A stretch of 61,046 nt of DNA from a virus (lineage: Duplodnaviria > Caudoviricetes). A program made the translations under genes and the position numbers. Of the stretch, positions 7,478 to 17,365 are shown piece after piece. The notes under the pieces are model-generated. The model was not told the origin of the DNA. It saw only the letters and a list, made by a program, of their open reading frames with translations, and made no database searches. Where the stretch lies: positions 1 through 61,046 of IMG/VR virus record IMGVR_UViG_3300042988_000595, one strand, 5' to 3'. Numbering within the stretch: the stretch's first letter is position 1; the number at the start of each line of letters is the position of its first letter.

Positions 7478-9336
7478 TGGCTGATATTTCCCAATCCATC
7501 CTGCGTCGCCTTCGTGACCTGTATGACAACCCAAGAGCCAACTTGGAGATGCTGAATGACAACATCGACAACTTTAATAAGAACCGTGTTGCCGAGATCA
7601 GACCAGAAGGTGCAGGGTACCGCACACTGACGGATGAAGAACAAGTTCGACGGATCACCCGAGGTCTTCAAGACAATATCGGCGGCGGAGGTATGGGTGC
7701 ACTTGGCATCATCAAGGGTAAAGGTGGCAACTGGCTGACGGGTACGGTGGAAGGCGCGTTGGATAGGTTGAAGAAAAAAGGGATGATAAATAATGTAGAG
7801 CGTGCGTATGGGCCTGAATTTGAAGCGGCTGCTGCTGAGAGATTGAGTACGCCAAATCTACATCCTCGTATTGCAGAAGCTATCAAAGAGGGTTTATCTA
7901 ACAATACACGTCACGCTGCTATAAACAACTGGATTGACGGTTCTCTGACAAAGTACGTTAAGCAAGATATGGCCACTGCGGCTGACCCAGTACGATTGAG
8001 GGCTGAGCGTGTCGCTGCTGCCGCTGAAAAACGCAAAGATGGCGCATTGGCGTTGGCTGAGAAAGAGCGGCGCAGAGCGGAAGCTATTCGTCAAGCGGGT
8101 CCAAAACCGGATATGCCGCCTGGGGCTTGGGAAGGAGCTATCCAAAATGCTGAAGTTAAGGCGCGTAATATGGAGGCGGCGGCACATGACACCTACGAGT
8201 TGGACATTGCAAAGGCTTTGCATGTCAATCCGGAAACGATCAACCCTAATATCGCTGACTCAGCAAATCGCATGCGAGCTACGGCCGGTCCTAACGGAAC
8301 CGTTGTTTCCAAATCACCTCTGGCCAGGGCGTGGGAAGACTTCAGCGATAGCGCTGTAGGAACGCAACCTGTCGGAGTTCGGAAGAACTACGAGTTCCAG
8401 ATGGAAGGTAGTCCATGGATGGCCAATTTGCCGGATGACGCATTGGTTCATCATTTCAGTAATCCGACCGACTCACTCGGCTTTCCGCACATGGTGGACG
8501 AGCTAACCAACGCCTTGAACCCCAACTCAGGTCTTCCGCAGCACCTGCAGCTCACACCCGAACAGATGAAGCAGCTCGGTATGGAGAAGGCTGTTGATCA
8601 CGTTGCAAACATCAACGCTTGGCGTGCTGCACAGCAGGTTGAAGCTACTCGAGCGATGAACGCTCATCCTGCAGTTCGTTCAGTACGCGACTACGCGGAC
8701 AATAATCCGAAGGGTCTGCGTTGGGTTGAAATTAAACCCCAAGATGCTGATGCATGGGAAGCTGCAAACTCTCATTTAGGACCAAGAGAATTTGATGAAC
8801 AGGTAGCTAAGTTCCGTCAAGAACGTATGAAGAACTTGGCGGATCAACTTGAGTACGAGGGTAGTACGATGAACCACTGCGTCGGTGGTTACTGTAACGA
8901 CGTTGCGTCAGGTAGGTCACGTATCTTCTCCTTGCGTGATGCCAAGGGTGAGCCTCATGTGACAATTGAAGCCGCTCCTCGCAAGCAAGATTTCAAGTAT
9001 ACCCTAGAAGAGCTGTTCGACTTACCGAAGGTTACAGAAAGGATACCTGACGACATCGTCCAAATCAAAGGTAAGCAGAACCTCAGACCAAAAGACGAGT
9101 ATATTCCGTTCGTTCAAGACTTCATCCGCAATCACCCAGAGAGTGGTCGTTGGGGCAAGATCGGCGACTTGGATAACACAGGGCTTTATCCGCACAAAGG
9201 TGCGTACCTTACAAAGGAAGAGCTTGGCACATTGGTTGACAAAGCCGACCCAGCAGCGCTGGAAACATGGCAACAGTACATTGTCGACGGCGGATCACCT
9301 TTTGCAGAAGGCGGTCTCGTTGAACCACGCTACTAG
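7477..9336 (+). CDS. Large protein with C-terminal PcfJ-like domain and terminal FAEGGLV motif
   Basis: EGSTMNHCVGGY...IFSLRD...PHVTIE...QIKGKQN. Start at 7477 from TAATG coupling and GGAGG RBS. Confidence 0.7.
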   Translation: MADISQSILRRLRDLYDNPRANLEMLNDNIDNFNKNRVAEIRPEGAGYRTLTDEEQVRRITRGLQDNIGGGGMGALGIIKGKGGNWLTGTVEGALDRLKKKGMINNVERAYGPEFEAAAAERLSTPNLHPRIAEAIKEGLSNNTRHAAINNWIDGSLTKYVKQDMATAADPVRLRAERVAAAAEKRKDGALALAEKERRRAEAIRQAGPKPDMPPGAWEGAIQNAEVKARNMEAAAHDTYELDIAKALHVNPETINPNIADSANRMRATAGPNGTVVSKSPLARAWEDFSDSAVGTQPVGVRKNYEFQMEGSPWMANLPDDALVHHFSNPTDSLGFPHMVDELTNALNPNSGLPQHLQLTPEQMKQLGMEKAVDHVANINAWRAAQQVEATRAMNAHPAVRSVRDYADNNPKGLRWVEIKPQDADAWEAANSHLGPREFDEQVAKFRQERMKNLADQLEYEGSTMNHCVGGYCNDVASGRSRIFSLRDAKGEPHVTIEAAPRKQDFKYTLEELFDLPKVTERIPDDIVQIKGKQNLRPKDEYIPFVQDFIRNHPESGRWGKIGDLDNTGLYPHKGAYLTKEELGTLVDKADPAALETWQQYIVDGGSPFAEGGLVEPRY

Positions 9337-9374
9337 CAACTTCGATTTCAACGCGTGGGAACCTGAGTAATTTC

Positions 9375-9383
9375 TGCTACAAT
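9375..9383 (+). promoter_or_regulatory. Extended -10 element TGCTACAAT upstream of portal
   Basis: Identical to the element at 6684. Confidence 0.55.
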
Positions 9384-9445
9384 ACCGTTGACTTTAACCA
9401 AAATTATAGCTAAGACTAGCATCAGTCTTACTTTAGGGCCAAACA

Positions 9446-12196
9446 ATGAGCGATTTGAATCCTTTGTCACTTGGTGATACGCCAGAAGACTATATTGAGA
9501 ACGACGACGGTTCCGTAGAGATTCTCGATATGGAAGAGATTCCGACCGACAACAGCGACTTCTACTCGAATCTGGCGGAGACGATTGCCAAATCGACGCT
9601 TACGGACATCGCTCTTGAATACACGGAGCTGGTTGAGAAGGATAAGCGCTCACGCGACAAACGCGACAAGCAGTATGAAGAGGGTCTGCGTCGTACGGGT
9701 CTGGGTGATGATGCCCCAGGTGGTGCCCAGTTCGAAGGTGCGTCCCGTGTCGTTTCCCCCGTCCTGGCCGAAGGTTGTGTTGACTTTGCCGCACGTGCCA
9801 TCAAAGAGTTGTTCCCTGCTCAGGGTCCGGTTCGCACTTATGTCTTCGGTGACGCTGATGTAGACGCCATCGAGCGAGCTGAGCGTAAGCGCCAATACAT
9901 GAACTGGCAGTTGTCAGTTCAGATGCCTGAATATCGTTCTGAGCTTGAGCAGCTTCTGACTCAGTTGCCGCTGGGTGGTTCTCAGTATCAGAAGTTCTGG
10001 TATGACGAGCGCTGCGGCCGTCCGGTCAGTGAGTTCATCCCGATCGATGAAGTGTATCTTCCGTTCTCAGCATCATCCTTCTATACCGCTCAGCGCGTCA
10101 CCCATCGTCAACTGATTACCAAGTACGAGTTCAACCGGCGCACCAAGTCAGGTCTGTACAAAGAGATTGATCTGTCTGTCGATGAAGAGCTGCCGGATCG
10201 CAGCATGGCAGCGGTGGCCAACGACAAGATTGAAGGGCGTTCTGAGGATGCCTACAACGATGACGGCCTGCGTGCTGTGCTCGAGATTTACACTTGGCTC
10301 GACTTGGACGATGACGCAATCACTGGCGGAGAAGGTGCTCCGTATATCTTGACGATCGATGAATACACTGAGGAAGTTCTCGCTGTTTATCGCAACTGGG
10401 AAGAAGGCGACGAGACGTTCGAAAAGCTTGACTGGATTGTTGAGTGGAAATTCATCCCTTGGCGCGGTGCTTACGCAATCGGCCTCCCACATTTGATCGG
10501 TGGCTTGTCTGCAGCTGCTACGGGAGCTCTCCGTGCCCTGATGGACTCAGCACACATCAACAACGCCCCATCGATGTTGAAGTTGAAGACGGGACGTACG
10601 ATCGGCGGTAACACCTCCGTCAATATCACCGAAGTAACAGAAGTAGAAGCACCTCCAGGCTGTAGCGACATTCGTCAGATCGCGATGCCGATGCCGTTCA
10701 ACCAACCGAGCCCAGTGCTGTTCCAACTGCTAGGCTTCTTGACAGACTCTGCTAAGGGCGTCATTGCAACGGCCGATGAGAAACTGAACAGCGTTGGCGA
10801 CCGTACCCCAGTTGGCACCACGATGGCGCTGATTGAGCAAGGTAGCGTTACGTACTCTGCGATCCATGCGCGTCTGCATGAGAGTCAGAAGAAGGCACTC
10901 CAAATCCTTTCTCGCATCAACCGTCAGTGGTTGAGTGACCATGAAGAGATCGAAGACCTGGGCCGTCTGATTATCAGTAAGGATGACTTCCTGCGCTCAG
11001 GCGACATTATCCCTGTGTCCGACCCCGCAATCTTCTCTGAGTCTCAGCGTTTCGCGCAGTCACAATCCTTGATGCAGATGGCCGCTCAGGATGCACAGAA
11101 CCCAAACATTCATTGGAATCAGATTGAAGTTCGTCGTCGCATGCTCAAACAGATGCGAATCGAGGGTATCGATGAGCTGTTGCCGGCACCTAAGAAGCCG
11201 CTGACGTCCGACCCATTGAGTGAGAGTGACGCTGCGATGCAAGGCGTACCGCTTAAGGCGGCTGATCAGCAGGATCACATGGCTCACATCAATGCTCACC
11301 TGACGTTTATTTCGACCCCTTGGGTCATGCAAAACCCGCTTGTTCCACCGCCTGCGATTAGCGCGGTACTGGGTCACATTAACGAGCACATCCTGATGTA
11401 CCAGAAGCAAGTGGTAGCTCAAATGACGCAACAGGTGATGCAGCAGGCTATGATGATGGGTCAACCGTTGAACCCTGAACAAGCTACCGCGATGGCCATT
11501 GGTCAGTCTACCCAAGTGCTGGGTCAGCAGTTGCAGCCGATCATGCAGCAGATCGCTCAAGTTCAACAGACTGTACAACAGCGCACCCCGCCGGCACCGA
11601 TGCCTCCGGAAGTCCAGGCGTCTATCCAGATCGCTAAGATGGATATTGACCGCAAGGCTCAGTACGACCAAGCTACGCTGCAGAACAAGCAGGCAGAGCT
11701 GCAAGCCAAGCAGCAACTAGATGTCGCCACGTTCCAGGCTGAACAAGCCGCTGAGCAGTTCCGTCAGCAGCAGGAAACCACGCGACAGCAGTTCGAACAG
11801 TTTATGGCTGCTCAACAGCAACAAGCCGATGCTCGCGCTGATGAGATGAAGGGTCAGATTCAACTGCTGATCAATGAGCAGGATAACAAGCAGAAGCAGA
11901 TGACTGAGTTGTTAAAGAACCATGAGGACAACCAGACTAACCTGTTCATCGCTCAGATGAAGGAGCAGCTGGCCAGCTTCCAGCAACAGCCGGCCGTTGA
12001 ACCGAGCGGTCCTGACACCAGTGCGCAACTGCAGCAGGTTCAGACGATGCTCGAGCAATTGAGCAAGCAGCAAACCAACGACTCTTTATCTGCTATAATG
12101 CAGGGGCTTCAAGCAACTGTTGAGCACCTCGGTAAGCCGAAGATGATTGTGCGAGACGGTTCTGGTAAAGCGATCGGTGTACGTGCTGCAGAATGA
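9446..12196 (+). CDS. Portal protein with long Gln-rich C-terminal extension
   Basis: Size, position, and motifs FEGASRVVSPVLAE, KELFP, PVGTTMALIEQG, SAIHARLH, QDHMAHI. Confidence 0.88.
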   Translation: MSDLNPLSLGDTPEDYIENDDGSVEILDMEEIPTDNSDFYSNLAETIAKSTLTDIALEYTELVEKDKRSRDKRDKQYEEGLRRTGLGDDAPGGAQFEGASRVVSPVLAEGCVDFAARAIKELFPAQGPVRTYVFGDADVDAIERAERKRQYMNWQLSVQMPEYRSELEQLLTQLPLGGSQYQKFWYDERCGRPVSEFIPIDEVYLPFSASSFYTAQRVTHRQLITKYEFNRRTKSGLYKEIDLSVDEELPDRSMAAVANDKIEGRSEDAYNDDGLRAVLEIYTWLDLDDDAITGGEGAPYILTIDEYTEEVLAVYRNWEEGDETFEKLDWIVEWKFIPWRGAYAIGLPHLIGGLSAAATGALRALMDSAHINNAPSMLKLKTGRTIGGNTSVNITEVTEVEAPPGCSDIRQIAMPMPFNQPSPVLFQLLGFLTDSAKGVIATADEKLNSVGDRTPVGTTMALIEQGSVTYSAIHARLHESQKKALQILSRINRQWLSDHEEIEDLGRLIISKDDFLRSGDIIPVSDPAIFSESQRFAQSQSLMQMAAQDAQNPNIHWNQIEVRRRMLKQMRIEGIDELLPAPKKPLTSDPLSESDAAMQGVPLKAADQQDHMAHINAHLTFISTPWVMQNPLVPPPAISAVLGHINEHILMYQKQVVAQMTQQVMQQAMMMGQPLNPEQATAMAIGQSTQVLGQQLQPIMQQIAQVQQTVQQRTPPAPMPPEVQASIQIAKMDIDRKAQYDQATLQNKQAELQAKQQLDVATFQAEQAAEQFRQQQETTRQQFEQFMAAQQQQADARADEMKGQIQLLINEQDNKQKQMTELLKNHEDNQTNLFIAQMKEQLASFQQQPAVEPSGPDTSAQLQQVQTMLEQLSKQQTNDSLSAIMQGLQATVEHLGKPKMIVRDGSGKAIGVRAAE

Positions 12197-12651
12197 AGTG
12201 GGACTTTATGACTAGACGAAACATACCGTCGCGCCTAGCGCACATCATGTGGCACTCAGACCTTGAGGCAACGCGCCTCGGTCTGGCTGTTGGTTCGCTG
12301 ATGTGGGCGGTATTCCTCTTCTGGCCAGGTGATCTTTTCACCCCGACGCGCACGACCTACACGGTAATGGCTGAGATCGCCCCCGAGGTGTGCTGGGGCT
12401 ACGCCTTTTTGGTTCAAGGTGTTGTGATGCTTTATTCCCTGCTGTGGGGCTACCGTTCCCAGCTATCCTTTGTTGCTGATGCTCTCTTGGGGTGTTTGTT
12501 ATGGACTACATCAACAGCGGCATGCTTCCTCGCACACTATCAGTCGCTGGCCACGTATCAGCCGCCAGCAGCCATGTCATACGAATTAGTCGGTGCCGTC
12601 CTGAGTTGGTGGTGCCTTGTCCGCTACAGCCTCGACAAGAAAGGCAAATGA
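12193..12651 (+). CDS. Multi-pass membrane protein (holin/antiholin candidate)
   Basis: About four hydrophobic segments, first gene of the lysis cassette. Confidence 0.5.
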   Translation: MKWDFMTRRNIPSRLAHIMWHSDLEATRLGLAVGSLMWAVFLFWPGDLFTPTRTTYTVMAEIAPEVCWGYAFLVQGVVMLYSLLWGYRSQLSFVADALLGCLLWTTSTAACFLAHYQSLATYQPPAAMSYELVGAVLSWWCLVRYSLDKKGK

Positions 12652-13043
12652 TGGAAATCGGTAACACCGAAGCATTGGGAACAATTGCCGGCATTTTGAT
12701 CGCTGGCGCAGTCTGGGTTCGTAAACTGAAGCCAGGGTTTGCCGCCGACGACAAAGTTGCGGCTACCGCCAATGCAGATACCGGAATCATCAAGCGCCTT
12801 GAAGAACAGTGCGACCGTTTAGCAGACCAGAACAAGAAATTGGCGACTCAGGTGAACGAGTTCCAGATTCAAGTGGGCGAACTGTCCATGCAGGTTATCA
12901 CGCTGCGCACTGAGAACAACAAACTATCCATTGAGAACAACGCGCTGCGTGAAGAGAACCTGTCGTTGCGCGAAGAGATCATGGACCTGCGCAAAGAGAT
13001 TCAAGACCTCGGCAAAGCCGTGATGGAGATGGCCAAGAAATGA
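12648..13043 (+). CDS. N-terminal TM plus coiled-coil lysis-cassette protein
   Basis: ALGTIAGILIAGAVWV followed by long heptad repeats. ATGA overlaps on both sides. Confidence 0.55.
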   Translation: MMEIGNTEALGTIAGILIAGAVWVRKLKPGFAADDKVAATANADTGIIKRLEEQCDRLADQNKKLATQVNEFQIQVGELSMQVITLRTENNKLSIENNALREENLSLREEIMDLRKEIQDLGKAVMEMAKK

Positions 13044-13468
13044 TTTCTAAGTATTTCTCCCTCGAGGAGTTGATTGCTTCCGATACGGCTTCGCGCAAGC
13101 ACATCGACAACACACCGACTGCGGAACACTTGCAGAACCTGACCGAGATGGCACAGCAGGCTGATCGTGTCCGTGAGTTCCTCGGCCACCCCATGATCGT
13201 CACGTCCGGCTATCGCGGCCCGAAGCTGAATGCTGCCATTGGCGGCTCCAAGACCTCCAGCCACATGACCGGCCATGCGATGGACTTCCGTTGCCCCGGC
13301 TTTGGAACAGCGAAGGAAGTGTTTGAGGCGCTGAAGAAGTCTGACATCGAGTTCGACCAACTGATTCTGGAGTTCCCAGATTCCCCCGGAGCTTGGGTTC
13401 ACATCGGCTTCGCTCCGGAGTTCCGCCATCAATACCTCGTCTATGACGGCCAATACAGGATCGCCTAA
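13040..13468 (+). CDS. Endolysin, peptidase M15A family
   Basis: SGYR..LNAAIGGSKTSSHMTGHAMDF and WVHIGF zinc-peptidase motifs. Confidence 0.9.
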   Translation: MISKYFSLEELIASDTASRKHIDNTPTAEHLQNLTEMAQQADRVREFLGHPMIVTSGYRGPKLNAAIGGSKTSSHMTGHAMDFRCPGFGTAKEVFEALKKSDIEFDQLILEFPDSPGAWVHIGFAPEFRHQYLVYDGQYRIA

Positions 13469-13995
13469 TGGAACCGATTTCAATCGCACTCGCACTCGCT
13501 GAGTACGCCCCTCAACTGATCAAGTGGGTGACTGGAAATGATAAGGCAGAGAAAGTCGCAGCAGTCGCAGTGGATGTGGCTAAAAAGGTTACAGGCGCAA
13601 CGACCGGAGACGGCGCTCTTGAACTCATCAAGGCCGATCCAAAGCTCGCAGCCGAGTTTGCCGACAAAGTTGCCGAACGCGAAGCCGACCTAGAGAAGGC
13701 TTACCTTGCCGATATGGACTCCGCTCGTCGTATGCAGATCGCTGCACTGGCCCAGTCTGACGTGTTCTCCAAGCGCTTCGTCTATTACTTCGCCTGCGCG
13801 TGGTCGGCATTCGCCATGCTGTACTTCTCGTTCGTAACGTTCGGCCATGTTTCCCAGTCTGGGCAGCGTATGGCTGACACGATCCTCGGTGTGCTGATCG
13901 GCACGGTGATCACGGGCTTCTTCAACTTCTTCTACGGCTCATCTGCACGCAGCCGCGAGAAGGACGACACCATCAAACAACTGAGCAAGCAATGA
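13468..13995 (+). CDS. Putative holin
   Basis: Two C-terminal TM segments ending FFYGSS, downstream of the endolysin. Confidence 0.65.
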   Translation: MEPISIALALAEYAPQLIKWVTGNDKAEKVAAVAVDVAKKVTGATTGDGALELIKADPKLAAEFADKVAEREADLEKAYLADMDSARRMQIAALAQSDVFSKRFVYYFACAWSAFAMLYFSFVTFGHVSQSGQRMADTILGVLIGTVITGFFNFFYGSSARSREKDDTIKQLSKQ

Positions 13996-14342
13996 AGAAA
14001 CTCGCGCTCCTCCTACTCCTGCCGACGCTGGCATTTGCACAACTGGTCGATCCGCGCTACTGCGGCGCTGAAGTCAAGCGCGAAGCTGACGGCACGATCA
14101 CGCGCAGCCGACTGGTGCTGAAGCATTACCAAATCCTCCACCCATGTCCATCGACGGGACTAAAGACCGGCGCATGTCCCGGCTGGGCACTGGATCACGT
14201 TATTCCGCTGGCCTGTGGTGGTTGCGACGAGATTGGAAACCTTCAGTGGCTAAAGAACACCATCAAGTCGTGCGCTGGCACGGAATGTAAAGACCGTTGG
14301 GAACGCAAGATCAACTGCGAACCCGTTCAAATTGTAAAGTAA
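13992..14342 (+). CDS. HNH-family protein with N-terminal signal peptide
   Basis: MKKLALLLLLPTLAFA leader, then HPCPSTG...CPGWALDHVIPLACGGCDEIGNLQWL. Confidence 0.75.
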   Translation: MKKLALLLLLPTLAFAQLVDPRYCGAEVKREADGTITRSRLVLKHYQILHPCPSTGLKTGACPGWALDHVIPLACGGCDEIGNLQWLKNTIKSCAGTECKDRWERKINCEPVQIVK

Positions 14343-14351
14343 GGAGCCAGC

Positions 14352-14558
14352 ATGAACGTAGCACAAGGCAATCTCGTCCTGATCGGACTGCACACCAAGA
14401 CGCCGCAAGTGTTCTGGAATGGGCAACTGGTCGAAGGAATCCGAGCCATCAAGGTGAATAACGACAGCCTGATTTCCAAGGTGCAACTGACACTTGGCGC
14501 AACTGGCGCACTGGCTGAAATGGCCGCTGCCGGTATCGAAATCAAAGTAGGAGCCTGA
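14352..14558 (+). CDS. Hypothetical protein
   Basis: AAGGAG RBS, 68 aa. Confidence 0.7.
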   Translation: MNVAQGNLVLIGLHTKTPQVFWNGQLVEGIRAIKVNNDSLISKVQLTLGATGALAEMAAAGIEIKVGA

Positions 14559-14559
14559 T

Positions 14560-14763
14560 ATGAGTGATTTCCTTTTCATCGTTCCTGCAGGCTGGACGCA
14601 GATTTCCCAAGACATCATCGACCAGATCGGCGCCAATCAGATTCTTGGCTGGGTGCAGACAAGCGACTACGGCACGTTGGGTATTGCTCTGCGAGAAGCG
14701 GGTGGCCCTGAGTCTATCTCTGAGGCTGTCTTCTTCAACAGTGAGATTCTGGCAGTCCGATAA
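14560..14763 (+). CDS. Hypothetical protein
   Basis: AGGAG RBS, 67 aa. Confidence 0.7.
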   Translation: MSDFLFIVPAGWTQISQDIIDQIGANQILGWVQTSDYGTLGIALREAGGPESISEAVFFNSEILAVR

Positions 14764-17355
14764 ATGACAGCCTTTGTCGCCAATAACGGTGCGGTCAATT
14801 ACTTTGACGGCTACAGCGGTGGATCAGTCAATGCCACGCTGGATACCTACACGATCTCAGCCGGTTCGACGCTGACCGTTCGCACCGATAGCTACTGCTG
14901 CCCGAACCATTCGACGGCCTTTGGCTCGCTCGATACGGTGACGTTCAGCGGGCAGGGCGGCACGCTTAATTTTGATCCGACTTACGTTCGTGTGATTTCC
15001 TACACGGGCGGCTCTGGTAATTCCCCAGCTTACGGCACGACGATCTCCCAAGGTGGCGTGTCCGGTGTGTTCTTGGGTTGCTGGACAAACTGGCTGTCAG
15101 AGCCGATTGCTGCCGGTGCTGCGATTGGTGCAACGGGCTTTATGAAGATTGGCGGCGTCACGGGCGGAAACTTCGCTGCCGGCGCACTGACGGGTATCAC
15201 GGCAACTTGCTCTGGCGCGGATGTTCAAGGCTGGATGGAAGTTCGCGGCGATACCACGGCAACCATCACGGTGCCGCGTATTGGCAAGGTGACATCCACC
15301 GAAGCATGGTTTGAGATCGGCACAACGAACGGCACACGCGGCCAAGTAATCCCATGCCCGACATGCGCAACCAATGCGGGTGTTTTCCCTGCGGTGTGGA
15401 TTGAAACGGCTGTCGGTTCTGGCGTGTATGAGCCGTATGTCAGCGTAGGCTCTCAGGTTGCTTTGGCAACGACAAGAACGACTGCCGAAATGAAAGTCTT
15501 TTGGCAGACGACGGGCGGCATTCGTATCGGTAACGACGGCACAAACGGCGTTGGTTATTTGCCGGTAACTGGCCTCAAGGTTCGCATTCCCGCTGTCATC
15601 CTGACCAACAGCACGCGGACGGTATCGGGTACCGGCCCTCGCGTTCTACCGAATGCCACGATTGCTACACGGCAAGAAATGATTACCACGGGTGCAGGTT
15701 ACTTCGACCTGCGCGGTTGCGTGATTCAGTGGTACATGAACCTGACCCAGCCGTTCTACGTCAAGTACAAGTCCTGCGCGATCAACGACGCAATGATCTT
15801 GTCGGAAGTGGCATCCCCGCTCGATGTAAGTGACTGTGTGGTTGCTCCGACCCAAGCGCAGATCAACGTGGCATTGCAGGTGGTTTCTTGTTTCGCTGGC
15901 GGCACGATCTCAAATAGCCGGTTCTGGTCGTTCTCCCTCGCTGCGTCTGGCCGGTACGTCACAACGCTGAATTACGTCACTGGCGTCACGTTCTCAGGCA
16001 ACACTTACGGCTCATTTACGCTGCGAGCGAATGCCACGACGGGCGTTCATAACAGCACGCAAGCGGTGAATTGCACATTCACTGACGACAAGTTGATTGG
16101 TGGTCGCGGTCTGTTCATCGGTGCACAAAGCTGCACGTTCAACAATCTGTCTTACTACGACCACACGATCACGACGACCACGACATCGACCAACCCGATG
16201 GCCGGCCTTGAATTCACCACGGGCGGCAATGGGAATACGGTCAATGGCTTCTCGCTACCGCTGCCGAATAATGGACCATACAACGCGCTCGTTACGCTGA
16301 CAGCCTGCTACAACACGCTGGTCAAGAATATCGGCACAAGCACGGTTGCTCCGCTGGCAATGACCAGCACCGTCACTGGTCTGGGCGTCAATGCGACAGG
16401 TAACAACGACGGCATCACCATCAAGCGCATGTTCCTGTCAGGTACGCGCACCGGCCCCTACGTCTTCGTCAATTCGGACACGAACATCCTGATCGAAAAC
16501 TGCATGGGCGACTATGCCGATACGACGGTCATGGCTGGGCTGAATGCCATCGAGAAGAATGTCGGGATCACTTCCGCCACTACGGGACAGGTGTCGGTCT
16601 ATGGATCGCACTGGAAGACGCGCTTTACCTCAACGACGGCTGGTTTCACTGAGATTACTTGCAATGAGCCGACTGCAGCGAGTGCCGCTCAGTGCGCAGC
16701 GACAGGCGGAACGCCGCAGTTCAACTCTTCTGGCTCGGTGCTGCTGACCAAAGCAGGCGACCAAGTAACGTGGGAAATGCCGTTCTTCGCGCTGGGCTAC
16801 ACGGCTTTCACAAACACGAACTGCACGGTCACCGGAACGAACGTCACTTACTCATCTGGTTCATCTTGGGGCAACCACACGCTTGAGTACCAGATCGACA
16901 CCGGCTCGGGCTACAACGGCACATGGCTGGCGCTGAACAACACCAACCTGATCACGCACACGATCACTGCGACGACGGGGTTCAAGCTGAAGATTCGCGC
17001 CACGACGCTTACCGTCAATGCTGGCAACGTCCTGACGAACATTCGCATACCGATGACGACGACTTCGGCGGCGCAGCAGACAAACCTGTATCCGCTGTCT
17101 GTGAATACCGTCATCGTTGATGGACTGGTTACAGGCTCTCGCGTCAAGGCCACAAAGGTTTCAGACGGTACTGTTCTGGCGAATCAAGCAGAAGTCGGCG
17201 GCACGGTGACTTTCACAACGGACTACACAGGTGCGGTAGCCATCGAGGCGCGTAAGGCTAGCGGATCGCCTTACTACATCCCGTGGAATACGCAGATCAC
17301 AACCATTTCAGGTTCAACCGTGTCGGCAACGGCACTTCAGCAATTAGACGAGTAA
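14764..17355 (+). CDS. Large Thr/Gly/Asn-rich virion appendage protein with probable beta-helix
   Basis: Composition and repeated N-x-x-F/I strand pattern in the centre. C-terminal module shared with 17366. Confidence 0.6.
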   Translation: MTAFVANNGAVNYFDGYSGGSVNATLDTYTISAGSTLTVRTDSYCCPNHSTAFGSLDTVTFSGQGGTLNFDPTYVRVISYTGGSGNSPAYGTTISQGGVSGVFLGCWTNWLSEPIAAGAAIGATGFMKIGGVTGGNFAAGALTGITATCSGADVQGWMEVRGDTTATITVPRIGKVTSTEAWFEIGTTNGTRGQVIPCPTCATNAGVFPAVWIETAVGSGVYEPYVSVGSQVALATTRTTAEMKVFWQTTGGIRIGNDGTNGVGYLPVTGLKVRIPAVILTNSTRTVSGTGPRVLPNATIATRQEMITTGAGYFDLRGCVIQWYMNLTQPFYVKYKSCAINDAMILSEVASPLDVSDCVVAPTQAQINVALQVVSCFAGGTISNSRFWSFSLAASGRYVTTLNYVTGVTFSGNTYGSFTLRANATTGVHNSTQAVNCTFTDDKLIGGRGLFIGAQSCTFNNLSYYDHTITTTTTSTNPMAGLEFTTGGNGNTVNGFSLPLPNNGPYNALVTLTACYNTLVKNIGTSTVAPLAMTSTVTGLGVNATGNNDGITIKRMFLSGTRTGPYVFVNSDTNILIENCMGDYADTTVMAGLNAIEKNVGITSATTGQVSVYGSHWKTRFTSTTAGFTEITCNEPTAASAAQCAATGGTPQFNSSGSVLLTKAGDQVTWEMPFFALGYTAFTNTNCTVTGTNVTYSSGSSWGNHTLEYQIDTGSGYNGTWLALNNTNLITHTITATTGFKLKIRATTLTVNAGNVLTNIRIPMTTTSAAQQTNLYPLSVNTVIVDGLVTGSRVKATKVSDGTVLANQAEVGGTVTFTTDYTGAVAIEARKASGSPYYIPWNTQITTISGSTVSATALQQLDE

Positions 17356-17365
17356 GGAGCCACAC

